A stretch of 64,000 nucleotides of DNA from Eledone cirrhosa (Eukaryota): assembly GCA_964016885.1 (NCBI GenBank), contig OZ024745.1:30938001-31002000 (forward strand), in the 5' to 3' direction. Shown piece by piece: positions 26,465 to 41,108 of the stretch. Each line of letters opens with the position of its first letter. The first letter of the stretch is position 1. A program made the translations under genes and the position numbers. The notes beneath the pieces are model-generated. The model did not search any database. It saw only the letters and a list, made by a program, of their open reading frames with translations, and had not been told where the DNA came from.

Positions 26465-27645
26465 AGATTTTTACGATGATGATATACTCATCCTCACATC
26501 ATCCCGTGATGAGGCCGACATAATATCTACGGCATTTTCAAACACAGATAACAACATATAATTTATCACAGAACACCCCGATAAAAATGGTTTCTTGTCC
26601 CTACTGGACTTCCAACTTAGAGTAACAGATGAAGGGACTATATACACCAGCTTCCATAGAAAAGCCCGTCCCCTTGGTGCTAAAACCGGATACATAAGAA
26701 ATGAACTTACGCATATCCGGAATAAATTTAGCATGAGATCACACTGCACACTTCATAGATCTACTGAAGACGAACGGATGCCCAACATTCAACTTAAGTG
26801 AATCGACTTAAGAATCGAAGGCACCGTGGGCATAAGACATCCTCTAACACCAGCTTCATGAATTTACCACATTTCAGCGAAAGCATAACCACAGCTATCC
26901 GCATAGCTATCCGCACAGCTATCCACAAAGAACTGTGCATAAAATTAACACACTCCGGCCCTTCACTGCGTAGATACCTGTCTAAAAAGCAATCCAGAGA
27001 CAACAAAAGCCCTATCCGCGATACAGGTATGTGGCAGCGGACACATGTGGTATACCGGATTGAATGCAACAAGTGCAAGGAGTTCTACATTGGTAGCACG
27101 ACTCGAGCACTCCACACTCGCATTAAAGAACACCTCAACACACACACATCCTCATTCAAAAGACACATTGACAAATGTAGAAACATCAACCAACATATTA
27201 CCGTTACTATTGAAGCTAGTGATAGAAATGTGCGCAATTTAAGAATTAAGGAAGCCGTGCTCATACGTAGACTCAACCCGCAAATAAATAATAGCACACA
27301 ATACTTAAAATAAAAAAACACACCCACACACACACAAACTAAACAACATCGTATACAAAAAGGAAAATTGACGTCATTCTCGTGAATAGCGAAATAACAA
27401 TAAAAAAACGCTTGAAAAAAACTTAGAAAAAGTCAAATCGAAATTTAATCCCAAAGAGAGAAAATTGGAACATTATCCACTGAAAGTTCCTTAAACCCTG
27501 AAGAAGGGACTTTTAGGTCCCGAAATATTAGACAGGAAAAGGAACAGCAACAAAAAACAAAACAAAGATTACCAGGTAACTTACTATTCGTTACCTCATC
27601 TTACAGTTCATTTTGCATTGTTTAGCCTTCTATTTCTTTCAACGT
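26465..27645 (+). mobile_element. PLE family B, copy 1: RT remnant, GIY-YIG ORF (26798-27313) and 3' UTR
   Basis: YDDDILIL...I*FITEHPDKNGFLSLLDFQL...TSFHRK (RT/thumb) and VVYRIECNKCKEFYIGSTTRALHTRIKEH...LRIKEAVLIRRLNPQIN (GIY-YIG). Confidence 0.88.
27486..27545 (+). ncRNA. Hammerhead-like motif of PLE family B, apparently degenerate at the cleavage triplet (copies at 30956-31015 and 35068-35127)
   Basis: CTGAAGA-A-GGGAC ttttag GTCCC-GAAA. Stem I is CC/GG plus GTTCCTT/AAGGAAC. The triplet position reads ACA, not NUH. Confidence 0.65.
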
Positions 27646-27697
27646 TAAATATTATATACAATGCTTCAAGCATTGTATATAATATATATATATATAG

Positions 27698-27784
<87 letters not shown>

Positions 27785-27787
<3 letters not shown>

Positions 27788-29311
27788 GGAGGTGAGTTTT
27801 ATTGTAGTACAATAAAGCAATGCAGATATCGGATAAGAAGCACTCTACAGTTTGTAGGACTGGAGTATACATAATATATAAGAACAAAAGTTATAACTGA
27901 CACCAATTCCTTCACCTATTTTGGCTCCACTTCCACCTCCTTTAAAGCTCGTCTTTATAACCATCATTCGTCTTTTAAATACAAACTTAAAAGAACAAAC
28001 ATGGCTCTCTCAGAACTCATATGGTCCTTGAAAGACAAAAATATTAAATATAGCATCTTTTGGAAAAAGGTTTCTTCTGCGGCTCTATACTTGAACAGTT
28101 CTCTATCCAAGATTTGCAATCTCTGTCTAAATGAAAAATTTACCATTATATCTAATTTAGATTCTATAATAAATAGACGCACTGACTTGTTTTCTCTCTG
28201 CTTGCATAAATTCCACAAAACATTCCACAAAGTATACAGCTAATATCCAAAACTTTATCAATTTAGAATCTTTTTCTCAAAGGCACATATATATATATAC
28301 TTCTTTAAAAATATACCCATCTTTCTACCTTATTTCAAAGTTATTTATTATACATTATATAATACTTGTTACTCATTCTATATCACTCCTATTTATCACT
28401 TCCCTTTCTTCATTTTCCCTTTCTTCTCTTTTTCTTTTAATGTCTAACCCCTAATCTGTACCTTTTCTCACTGTTGCCTAACATATAAACAATTATTACA
28501 CAATACAATACATTCTTACTCTATATCACCTTGTAAAAATCCTTCGTAAACATAAACACTTTTTGACGTTAGATTATTCATCCTCAATTCATTATTTTTT
28601 CTCCCTTTCATCTAACTTACTCATGCTCATCTCACAATATATCCTTACTTACATTACTTTTGTTTTTTTTTTAATAATACATATCAACATTTTCTTTCCA
28701 TCGCACATATTATTAAACCCTTAAATATTATTCTTAATACATATTAACTTTTTCTTTCCATCGCACATATTATTAAACCCTTAAATATTATTCTTAATAC
28801 ATATTAACATTTTCTTTTCATCGCACATCTTATTAAACCCTTCAATATACAAACCTTAACTTTACATTATTTTTCTCTTCGTTAATTTTCAAATTCTTTT
28901 AACTTATACATTATCTTCCAACGGTTTTCAACCTCTCTATGTAAAACAATATATTTTTCTCAGTTATAAAAGCTATCTCTCTCTCTCTCTATCACCCATC
29001 TCTCCTCCTATCTCATCCTTCCTCATTATACTCCTCCCTCTCCACTTTTTACTCTCATCTCTTCCTCTTTTTCATCCTTTCCAGCGCCCCCCCCCCCCCC
29101 TCAAAAAAAATATTTTTCCAAATAACACACATCAATCTAATACTACTTATCATATGTTGATTTAAAACAGCCCTATCCACAAGTGTTTTTTAACCTTCAT
29201 ATCATGTCTTCCTATTTTATCTGATGAAAACACAAATATTATTGCATGATGATATTTGTTTTTGAAATGCGCATAATAAAATACATGGAACTCTTTTAAC
29301 CATCTTTTGTT

Positions 29312-29312
<1 letters not shown>
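27785..29312 (+). mobile_element. PLE family C, copy 1: inverted tail, GIY-YIG C-terminal half (Naiad-like), long pyrimidine-rich UTR and hammerhead
   Basis: FTYFGSTSTSFKARLYNHHSSF...ALSELIWSLK...IFWK...CNLCLNEK...INRRTDLFSLCLH. Segment 27785-27890 is the reverse complement of the family tail seen at 49750-49840. Confidence 0.8.
29213..29283 (+). ncRNA. Type I hammerhead ribozyme, family C
   Basis: Stem I TATTTTAT/ATAAAATA. CTGATGA at 29221. Long stem II ACAAATATTATT/GATGATATTTGT. GAAA at 29264. Palindromic stem III ATGCGCAT. Predicted cut after 29275. Confidence 0.88.
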
Positions 29313-29362
<50 letters not shown>

Positions 29363-29432
29363 TATATATATAGTATATATAGTATATATATATAGTATAT
29401 ATATATATATATATAGTATATATATATATATA

Positions 29433-29534
<102 letters not shown>

Positions 29535-29931
29535 CTATTACGTGTTATAGTATATAGGCTGAGATTATGCTGCAGCATCACCAAAATAGAAATAAAATAG
29601 AAATATCTTGTTTGCCAAGTATTAAAGGATGTATTGAATTTAGAATAAATTATAAAAAAGATTTGTTTACGCTAAATCCAGCACGTGCGTAAACATATAT
29701 TTTATAAATGAATCATAATATAAATAAAATAGAGAAACGTACAGACCATACTTTCAATATTTTCAAATGTTATAAACATTAAACATTACAAATCCCTTAC
29801 GGGGTCGATAAAATAAAGTACCAGTAATGTACTGGCCTTGTGCCAAAGGTTGAAATAATTAATATGTGTATACTTTTAATTTACAATACTTTGAAACTGA
29901 TTTTTAAACAAGGTAATTACAGTTTTAATGA

Positions 29932-31115
29932 AGATTTTTACGATGATGATATACTCATCCTCACATCATCCCGTGATGAGGCCGACATAATATCTACGGC
30001 ATTTTCAAACACAGATAACAACATATAATTTATCACAGAACACCCCGATAAAAATGGTTTCTTGTCCCTACTGGACTTCCAACTTAGAGTAACAGATGAA
30101 GGGACTATATACACCAGCTTCCATAGAAAAGCCCGTTCCCTTGGTGCTAAAACCGGATACATAAGAAATGAACTTACGCATATCCGGAATAAATTTAGCA
30201 TGAGATCACACTGCACACTTCATAGATGTACTGAAGACGAACGGATGCCCAACATTCAACTTAAGTGAATCGACTTAAGAATCGAAGGCACCGTGGGCAT
30301 AAGACATCCTCTAACACCAGCTTCATGAATTTACCACATTTCAGCGAAAGCATAACCACAGCTATCCGCATAGCTATCCGCACAGCTATCCACAAAGAAG
30401 AACTGTGCATAAAATTAACACACTCCCGCCCTTCACTGCGTAGATACCTGTCTAAAAAGCAATCCAGAGACAACAAAAGCCCTATCCGCGATACAGGTAT
30501 GTGGCAGCGGACACATGTGGTATACCGGATTGAATGCAACAAGTGCAAGGAGTTCTACATTGGTAGCACGACTCGAGCACTCCACACTCGCATTAAAGAA
30601 CACCTCAACACACACACATCCTCATTCAAAAGACACATTGACAAATGTAGAAACATCAACCAACATATTACCGTTACTATTGAAGCTAGTGATAGAAATG
30701 TGCGCAATTTAAGAATTAAGGAAGCCGTGCTCATACGTAGACTCAACCCGCAAATAAATAATAGCACACAATACTTAAAATAAAAAAACACACCCACACA
30801 CACACAAACTAAACAACATCGTATACAAAAAGGAAAATTGACGTCATTCTCGTGAATAGCGAAATAACCATAAAAAAACGCTTGAAAAAAACTTAGAAAA
30901 AGTCAAATCAAAATTTAATCCCAAAGAGAGGAAATTGGAACATTATCCACTGAAAGTTCCTTAAACCCTGAAGAAGGGACTTTTAGGTCCCGAAATATTA
31001 GACAGGAAAAGGAACAGCAACAAAAAACAAAACAAAGATTATCAGGTAACTTACTTTTCGTTACCTCATCTTACAGTTCATTTTGCATTGTTTAGCCTTC
31101 TATCTCTTGCAACGT
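29932..31115 (+). mobile_element. PLE family B, copy 2 (GIY-YIG ORF 30265-30783)
   Basis: Near-identical to copy 1. Confidence 0.88.
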
Positions 31116-31167
31116 TAAATATTATATACAATGCTTCAAGCATTGTATATAATATATATATATATAG

Positions 31168-31230
<63 letters not shown>

Positions 31231-31232
<2 letters not shown>

Positions 31233-32627
31233 AGGAGGTGAGTTTTATTGTAGTACAATAAAGCAATGCAGATATCGGATAAGAAGCACTCTACAGTTTG
31301 TAGGACTGGAGTATACATAATATATAAGAACAAAAGTTATAACTGACACCAATTCCTTCACTTATTTTGGCTCCACTTCCACCTCCTTTAAAGCTCGTCT
31401 TTATAACCATCATTCGTCTTTTAAATACAAACTTAAAAGAACAAACATGGCTCTCTCAGAACTCATATGGTCCTTGAAAGACAAAAATATTAAATATAGC
31501 ATCTTTTGGAAAAAGGTTTCTTCTGCGGCTCTATACTTGAACAGTTCTCTATCCAAGATTTGCAATCTCTGTCTAAATGAAAAATTTACCATTATATCTA
31601 ATTTAGATTCTATAATAAATAGACGCACTGACTTGTTTTCTCTCTGCTTGCATAAATTCCACAAAACATTCCACAAAGTATACAGCTAATATCCAAAACT
31701 TTATCAATTTAGAATCTTTTTCTCAAAGGCACATATATATATATACTTCTTTAAAAATATACCCATCTTTCTACCTTATTTCAAAGTTATTTATTATACA
31801 TTATATAATACTTGTTACTCATTCTATATCACTCCTATTTATCACTTCCCTTTCTTCATTTTCCCTTTCTTCTCTTTTTCTTTTAATCTGTACCTTTTCT
31901 CACTGGTGCCTAACATAGAAACAATTATTACACAATACAATACATTCTTACTCTATATCACCTTGTAAAAATCCTTCGTAAACATAAACACTTTTTGACG
32001 TTAGATTATTCATCCTCAATTCATTATTTTTTCTCCCTTTCATCTAACTTACTCATGCTCATCTCACAATATATCCTTACTTACATTACTTTTGTTTTTT
32101 TTCATAATACATATCAACATTTTCTTTCCATCGCACATATTATTAAACCCTTAAATATTATTCTTAATACATATTAACTTTTTCTTTCCATCGCACATAT
32201 TATTAAACCCTTAAATATTATTCTTAATACATATTAATATTTTCTTTTCATCGCACATATTATTAAACCCTTCAATATACAAACCTTAACTTTACATTAT
32301 TTTTCTCTTCGTTAATTTTCAAATTCTTTTAACTTATACATTATCTTCCAACGGTTTTCAACCCCTCTATGTAAAACAATATATTTTTCTTAGTTATAAA
32401 AGCTATCTCTCTCTCTCTATCACCCATCTCTCCTCCTATCTCATCCTTCCTCATTATACTCCTCCCTCTCCACTTTTTACTCTCATCTCCTCCTCTTTTT
32501 CATCCCTTCCAACGCCCCCCCCCCCCCTCAAAAAAATATTTTTCCAAATATCACACATCAATCTAAAACTACTTTTCATATGTTGATTTAAAACTGCACT
32601 ATCCACAAGTGTTTTTTAACCTTCATA
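31231..32627 (+). mobile_element. PLE family C, copy 2, truncated just before its hammerhead
   Basis: Matches copy 1 up to ...AACCTTCATA, then switches to an unrelated element. Confidence 0.8.
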
Positions 32628-33255
32628 ACAAACTGAACAGACTGAATTTATGCCGCACGGTGTTAAGGCAACCCCGTCACCTTTTTGTTCAACACTGACA
32701 CAGGAACGATGTACTAGTTTCAAGCTTGTTAGCTATCATCAGCACCGTATACCCATCTGCCAGATAGTTGAACGTTCGAAAGTATATACTTTCCTTATGA
32801 AAATTAACGGCTGAGCAGCCTAATTTGCATATCGAGTGAGTTAAATCGGTCAGGCGCACCGAAAACGATGAGTTGTAATAAAATGAAAACGAAATTTCAT
32901 TTCTCACTCTTAGTACGGCACTTACTTAAATGTAAGTATGTATGTATACGTACATACATATATGCGTACATATATGTATGTGTACCTGTATCTATATATA
33001 TATATATGCATGCTACTGTACGTCTGTATACATATATGTATGTACGTATACATACATCGAACGTTCAACTATCTGGCAGATGGGTATACGGTGCTGATGA
33101 TAGCTAACAAGCTTGAAACTAGTACATCGTTCCTGTGTCAGTGTTGAACAAAAAGGTGACGGGGTTGCCTTAACACCGTGCGGCATAAATTCAGGCTGTT
33201 CAGTTTGTTTACAAACGAACAAAACGGGCGCTATAATAAGCGTCCGCTAAACTGA
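32627..33255. mobile_element. Inverted pair of PLE-end segments, family D (32627-32779 minus; 33057-33255 plus)
   Basis: ~153-bp near-perfect inverted repeat. Each arm carries the same hammerhead. Confidence 0.75.
33088..33130 (+). ncRNA. Minimal type I hammerhead ribozyme (minus-strand twin at 32706-32748)
   Basis: Stem I ACGGTG/CATCGT. CTGATGA at 33094. Stem II AGCT/AGCT. GAAA at 33115. Palindromic stem III ACTAGT. Predicted cut after GUA at 33124. Confidence 0.88.
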
Positions 33256-33288
33256 TGCGTACATATATGTATGTGTACCTGTATGTAA

Positions 33289-33353
<65 letters not shown>

Positions 33354-33403
33354 TGCTACTGTACGTCTGTATACATATATGTATGTACGTATACATACAT
33401 ACT

Positions 33404-33488
<85 letters not shown>

Positions 33489-33530
33489 TATATATATATA
33501 TAGTATATATATATATATAGTATATATATA

Positions 33531-33619
<89 letters not shown>

Positions 33620-34044
33620 CGCGCGTGTGTGTGGGCGTGTGTGTGTGTGTTACTCTATTACGTGTTATAGCCGATAGGCTGAGATCATGCTGCAGCATCA
33701 CCAAAATAGAAATAAAATAGAAATATCTTGTTTGCCATGTATTTAAGGATGTATCGAATTTAGAATAAATTATAAAAAAGATTTGTTTACGCTAAATCCA
33801 GCACGTGCGTAAACATATATTTTATAAATGAATCATAATATAAATAAAATAGAGAAACGTACAGACCATACTTTCAACATTTTCAAATGTTATAAACATT
33901 ACAAATCCCTTACGGGGTCGATAAAATAAAGTACCAGTAATGTACTGGCCTTGTGCCAAAGGTTGAAATAATTAATATGTGTATACTTTTAATTTACAAT
34001 ACTTTGAAATTGATTTTTAAACAAGGTAATTACAGTTTTAATGA

Positions 34045-35227
34045 AGATTTTTACGATGATGATATACTCATCCTCACATCATCTCGTGATGAGGCCGACA
34101 TAATATCTACGGCATTTTCAAACACAGATAACAACATATAATTTATCACAGAACACCCCGATAAAAATGGTTTCTTGTCCCTACTGGACTTCCAACTTAG
34201 AGTAACAGATGAAGGGACTATATACACCAGCTTCCATAGAAAAGCCCGTCCCCTTGGTGCTAAAACCGGATACATAAGAAATGAACTTACGCATATCCGG
34301 AATAAATTTAGCATGAGATCACACTGCACACTTCATAGATGTACTGAAGACGAACGGATGCCCAACATTCAACTTAAGTGAATCGACTTAAGAATCGAAG
34401 GCACCGTAGGCATAAGACATCCTCTAACAGCAGCTTCATAAATTTACCACATTTCAGCGAAAGCATAACCACAGCTATCCGCATAGCTATCCGCACAGCT
34501 ATCCACAAAGAAGAACTGTGCATAAAATTAACACACTCCCGCCCTTCACTGCGTAGATACCTGTCTAAAAAGCAATCCAGAGACAACAAAGCCCTATCCG
34601 CGATACAGGTATGTGGCAGCGGACACATGTGGTATACCGGATTGAATGCAACAAGTGCAAGGAGTTCTATATTGGTAGCACGACTCGAGCACTCCACACT
34701 CGCATTAAAGAACACCTCAACACACACACATCCTCATTCAAAAGACACATTGACAAATGTAGAAACATCAACTAACATATTACCGTTACTATTGAAGCTA
34801 GTGATAGAAATGTGCGCAATTTAAGAATTAAGGAAGCCGTGCTCATACGTAAACTCAACCCGCAAATAAATAATAGCACACAATACTTAAAATAAAAAAA
34901 CACACCCACACACACACAAACTAAACAACATCGTATACAAAAAGGAAAATTGACGTCATTCTCGTGAATAGCGAAATAACAATAAAAAAACGCTAGAAAA
35001 AAACTTAGAAAAAGTCAAATCGAATTTTAATCCCAAAGAGAGGAAATTGGAACATTATCCACTGAAAGTTCCTTAAACCCTGAAGAAGGGACTTTTAGGT
35101 CCCGAAATATTAGACAGGAAAAGGAACAGCAACAAAAAACAAAACAAAGATTACCAGGTAACTTACTTTTCGTTACCTCATCTTACAGTTCATTTTGCAT
35201 TGTTTAGCCTTCTATCTCTTTCAACGT
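34045..35227 (+). mobile_element. PLE family B, copy 3 (GIY-YIG frameshifted)
   Basis: 1-bp deletion near 34590 and a later TAA relative to copies 1 and 2. Confidence 0.85.
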
Positions 35228-35275
35228 TAAATATTATATACAATGCTTCAAGCAAACTATAACATTTTATTAAAT

Positions 35276-35345
<70 letters not shown>

Positions 35346-35401
35346 ATTTAATAAAATGTTATAGTTTGCTTGAAGCATTGTATATAATATATATATATAT
35401 A

Positions 35402-37078
<1,677 letters not shown>

Positions 37079-37117
37079 TATATATATATAGTATATATAT
37101 ATATATATAGTGTGTGG

Positions 37118-37184
<67 letters not shown>

Positions 37185-37267
37185 CGTGTTATGTTTTCAG
37201 ACAAAATTATTTATTAGCAAAAGTTGTTTTTTTCTGTCATCATTTTACGAAGTGTTAATATTTTACA

Positions 37268-37320
37268 CGTTGTTGTTGTTGTTGATACTGCTGCTGCTGT
37301 TGCTGTTGCTGCTGTTTCTG

Positions 37321-37358
<38 letters not shown>

Positions 37359-37420
37359 TTGTTGCTGCTGTTGCTGCTGCTGTTGTTGCTGCTGTTGCTG
37401 CTGCTGCTGTTCTTGTTTTT
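37268..37420. repeat. (CTG/TTG)n microsatellite
   Basis: Read directly. Confidence 0.9.
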
Positions 37421-39210
37421 GTGTGGTAATTAGGTATCGTGTATAGTAGAGATACATATATTGAATTACATTTAGTAATTAGTTACGAAAGGAATTCACT
37501 AGAATATATTCAGTCCTGCTAAGTTTGGTAACTAATAGGACAGCAACATATTTTTTTTTAACATAAACATTTAACGTGATATATGTTGAAGCAAGGGCGG
37601 GGCTCCTTATGTACATTGGTGATATGTAGAGCGGAGGCGGTGAATTGGCAGAGTCGTTAGAACGTCAGACAGAATATTTTGTGGTATTCGTTTCAGCTCT
37701 TTGCTCTCTGATTTCAAATCTCCCAAATTTAACTTTGCCGTTCATCCTTTCGAGGTCGATAAATAAAGTAGCAGTCTAATACTAGGGTCGATTCTTTCTC
37801 TATATCTCTTTCTTACTTCCTCTCTATCACTCTCTCTCTCTGCCTCTCTCGCTCCTTCCCTGGAAAAAGATCGGCTGTGTTCAGACATAGAGAGATGGGC
37901 TCTGCCAAATTTAAAATGCTCCAGAAACGCTGTATGACCCCACGACTCCACCATGAGTTACGGGTCTCAAAAGAATGTGAAAGTGGGGAGGGGGTCTCGT
38001 TATGTACGTTGGTGATATGAGACTTCCCTGTTCGTCTCAAATCTTGAAGTTGACATAACTTTTATTTTTATTAGGCAATGAAACATGAGAACTATAATAT
38101 TCATACCATTTTTACCCCCAAGTAAAACATTTCAGAATAAGTGCGCTAGGGTGCTTGAGTCACGATCGTGGGGTCGTGAGTTCGATTCCCGAGTGCACAT
38201 TATGTCATTACATAAGGTACATTTTTTTTACGTTGTTCCTGTCCACTCGGCTGGAAAAATTATTTGCATCTGTAATTCAAAGAGCCAGTCTTGTCATAGT
38301 GTGTTATGCTGAATTTCCTTGAAAATTACGTTAAAAGGTGCATGTGAGGTTGGAATACTCAGCCACTTGTACGTTAATTTCATAAACAGTTTGTTCCGGC
38401 GATTAAAAAAACCCCGAAACACTCGTCATTCGAACCGATGGAAGTCCAGCAACCACAACTTGGGCTTCAACCACTAAAACACTCTAGAGACATCCTATGA
38501 GACATAGCTTTATAAGAGACAGCTAAAGAAATACAGGTGTGTGTGTATGTGTGTGTGTATGTGTGTATGTATGTGTGTGTGTGAGTGAGTGTATGTGTGT
38601 GTGTGTCTGTGTGTGTGTGTGTGTATTGTAAAACGACAACCTTATCTCAAGCATTCAGACCAAGAATTCGTGTTACCTACAGATCTTCCGGCTGGGCCTT
38701 AACAACATCAATATATCGGGAAAGGTCCTACAAAGATAATAGGGCTAATTTCCTTCCTCCACAGAACAAAAATAAAAATTCTTATCTCATTTCAAACACT
38801 GCATCACTGGAAGAGACACCTAACATTGCTATTCCTCATCATAATCTTTACGCCTAACACCTGATGGAGTTGTAGAGGCGCCGTCATGACATACGGCGTT
38901 TCTTTGGCATTTTTTAAACCTGACGTAGTCCATCCCTTCTCCGGGTTTGAACTCAGCCTATTTCTTCCAGAGAAGGAGAGAGATAATGAGAGGACTTGAG
39001 AAAAAGATATAGAGGAAGAATCGACCCCAGCAGTACAGGACTGGTACATTTTTTTATCGACCTCCAACGAATGAAAGGAAAAGTTGACCTCGGAAGCATT
39101 TGAACTGAGAGGATGTAGAAAGCCAGAACTAATACCGCAAAACATTTTATCCGACGTTCAATTCGACACCTTCCGCATTGTTAATACCTTAATATCATTG
39201 TTATCTCTTC

Positions 39211-39250
39211 ATCTCTTCTCTGCCTTTTTGGCTAAGATCAAAGTGTAGTA
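39211..39250 (+). pseudogene. 3'-truncated U2 snRNA fragment (first ~40 nt)
   Basis: ATCTCTTCTCTGCCTTTTTGGCTAAGATCAAAGTGTAGTA versus U2 ATCGCTTCTCGGCCTTTTGGCTAAGATCAA(A)GTGTAGTA. Confidence 0.85.
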
Positions 39251-39289
39251 CCTTCATAATATTTTAAGTGATCATCGATATTTTATTTT

Positions 39290-39570
39290 CAACTAGACTG
39301 GCATGAAGAATATAATCGAGACCATCAAGTAGGGCAAACATAGATGGCCTGGCCACGTGTCTCGTTTCAGAGACACCGGGTGGACTATTAGAGTGACAGA
39401 GTGGACACCAAGGCCGTGGAGAAGAACCAGAGGGTGGCCAAATGCCAGTTGGTGCAATGATCTGCCCCGATCGATACTTCGGCCCCACACGGCCCAATAT
39501 AGCCAGAGATAGGAAGCAGATAGGAGGTCAACTAAGGAGGGTTCTTCCAACAGGAGTGAGAAGGCCATGG
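39290..39570 (+). mobile_element. RTE-clade LINE 3' remnant
   Basis: Translates to IIETIK*GKHRWPGHVSRFRDTGWTIRVTEWTPRPWRRTRGWP...W.NDL...IARDRK. Confidence 0.8.
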
Positions 39571-39747
39571 ATTTTGGAATGTTCTAATAGTAGTTGAGCT
39601 AACATATCGTTCAAGGATAACTCTAATGTACTGAGGTTTCATTGCATTAAAAACAGGTTGGTGTAAATTTAACACTATGTACACACACTACCAAAATATT
39701 CACAGCAGTTGCAATGGCATATGTTTCTGTTTATTTAGCTCTACCAA

Positions 39748-39861
39748 TCTATATCTATCAATATATACGTGTATATATGTATGTATATATATATATGTGT
39801 GTGTGTGTGTATGTGTGCATTTGTATGTATGTATGTGTATGTGTGTGTGTCTCTGTGTGTG

Positions 39862-39934
<73 letters not shown>

Positions 39935-41108
39935 TTTGTGGGTGGTGGTATAATATATATAGGGCGGTGGTTGAAATTCAAATGTGCACGGTTAAATGGT
40001 AGTAGACGTGGTCGGACTGACATGAAAATTTACACACCTATGTAAAAAGTGCTAAGGAAGCAAATAGATGAGGTTTCAAATCTCTAACTTGAAAAATGTG
40101 GTCCCTAGGGCCCCAAAACTATCGCGTTCGGTGAGTTATTTCCCCCTGTTCTAATACTTTTGTCTTATTTACAATTTCATCATTCTTCTACATTTAACGA
40201 TCATACCGTTTTATGAAATCGATTCTGTAGTACGGTCACTGTTTTCCATCAAAAGAAATAAAACCCTTGGCGATACTTGGTTTTAGTGTCCTAAATTATC
40301 ATCATCGACATTCAATTATTAGCTCCACCCACTACACGATACGTCACGAAGGTAAATGTTTCGAAAAAATTTTAAACTGTATATCGCAACAATATATTGT
40401 TTAAAGAAATTTTTTTTCTGTTGTTAAAAACTGTAAATCTGTTTTTAAAAAAATGTATTTCGCACCAATTTTTTTTCTGTTAAAAACTGTAAGTAAATAT
40501 TCATGTAAAAATGAAGCATAGTGTTTCGGTTAAAAACTTAAAAACTGTAAATAAATATTCATGTAAAAATGAAGCATAGTTTTGTTCAAAAGATAAATCA
40601 ATAATCTAATTTTCTCTGTTGATATTTTAATAAATATTTATTCTAAAAATTCAATGTTTTTTCGTGTAAAAATGAAGCATGTAAGAAAATGAACATGTAA
40701 AAATCAAGCCGCAGCAGCAGCTGATGACGTGTCATGACGTATCGTGTAGTGGGTGGAGTTAATAATTGAATGTCGATGATGATAATTTAGGACACTAAAA
40801 CCAAGTATCGCCAAACCCTTAAATTGCGAAGAAGGGACGCGTGTTTTTATTTTAATTCTAATACATGTTAACCACCACTAACAGTAAGTAGTATTTTTCA
40901 AATTGCATATCATTGACATTGCTATTTGGCTGTTAATAAACAACGCTTTTCACGTCGCTCCACTTCTCATTGTACGCCGTCCAGTCCCAAGTGCATATTT
41001 CTATTTTTTTTCATGAAACTGCTTCTTTATAATAAACTTTCAATAATATTTTTCAAATTATTAACTTAATAAAAAGTGGCCCCGGGTGCAACCGGGCTCA
41101 GCTGCTAG
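39748..41108 (+). mobile_element. Probable non-autonomous Helitron (3' end clear, 5' end tentative)
   Basis: GC-rich hairpin GCCCCGGGTGCAACCGGGC lies 7 nt before CTAG|T at 41105-41109. Candidate A|TC start at 39748. Confidence 0.55.
40269..40812. mobile_element. MITE with ~80-bp TIRs and an 8-bp TSD (Merlin-like)
   Basis: TIRs start GGCGATACTTGGTTTTAGTGTCC. TSD AAACCCTT at 40261-40268 and 40813-40820. Confidence 0.85.

Noticed and set aside
37263-37457. PolyQ ORF
   Set aside because: (CAG/CAA)n microsatellite with no exon context.
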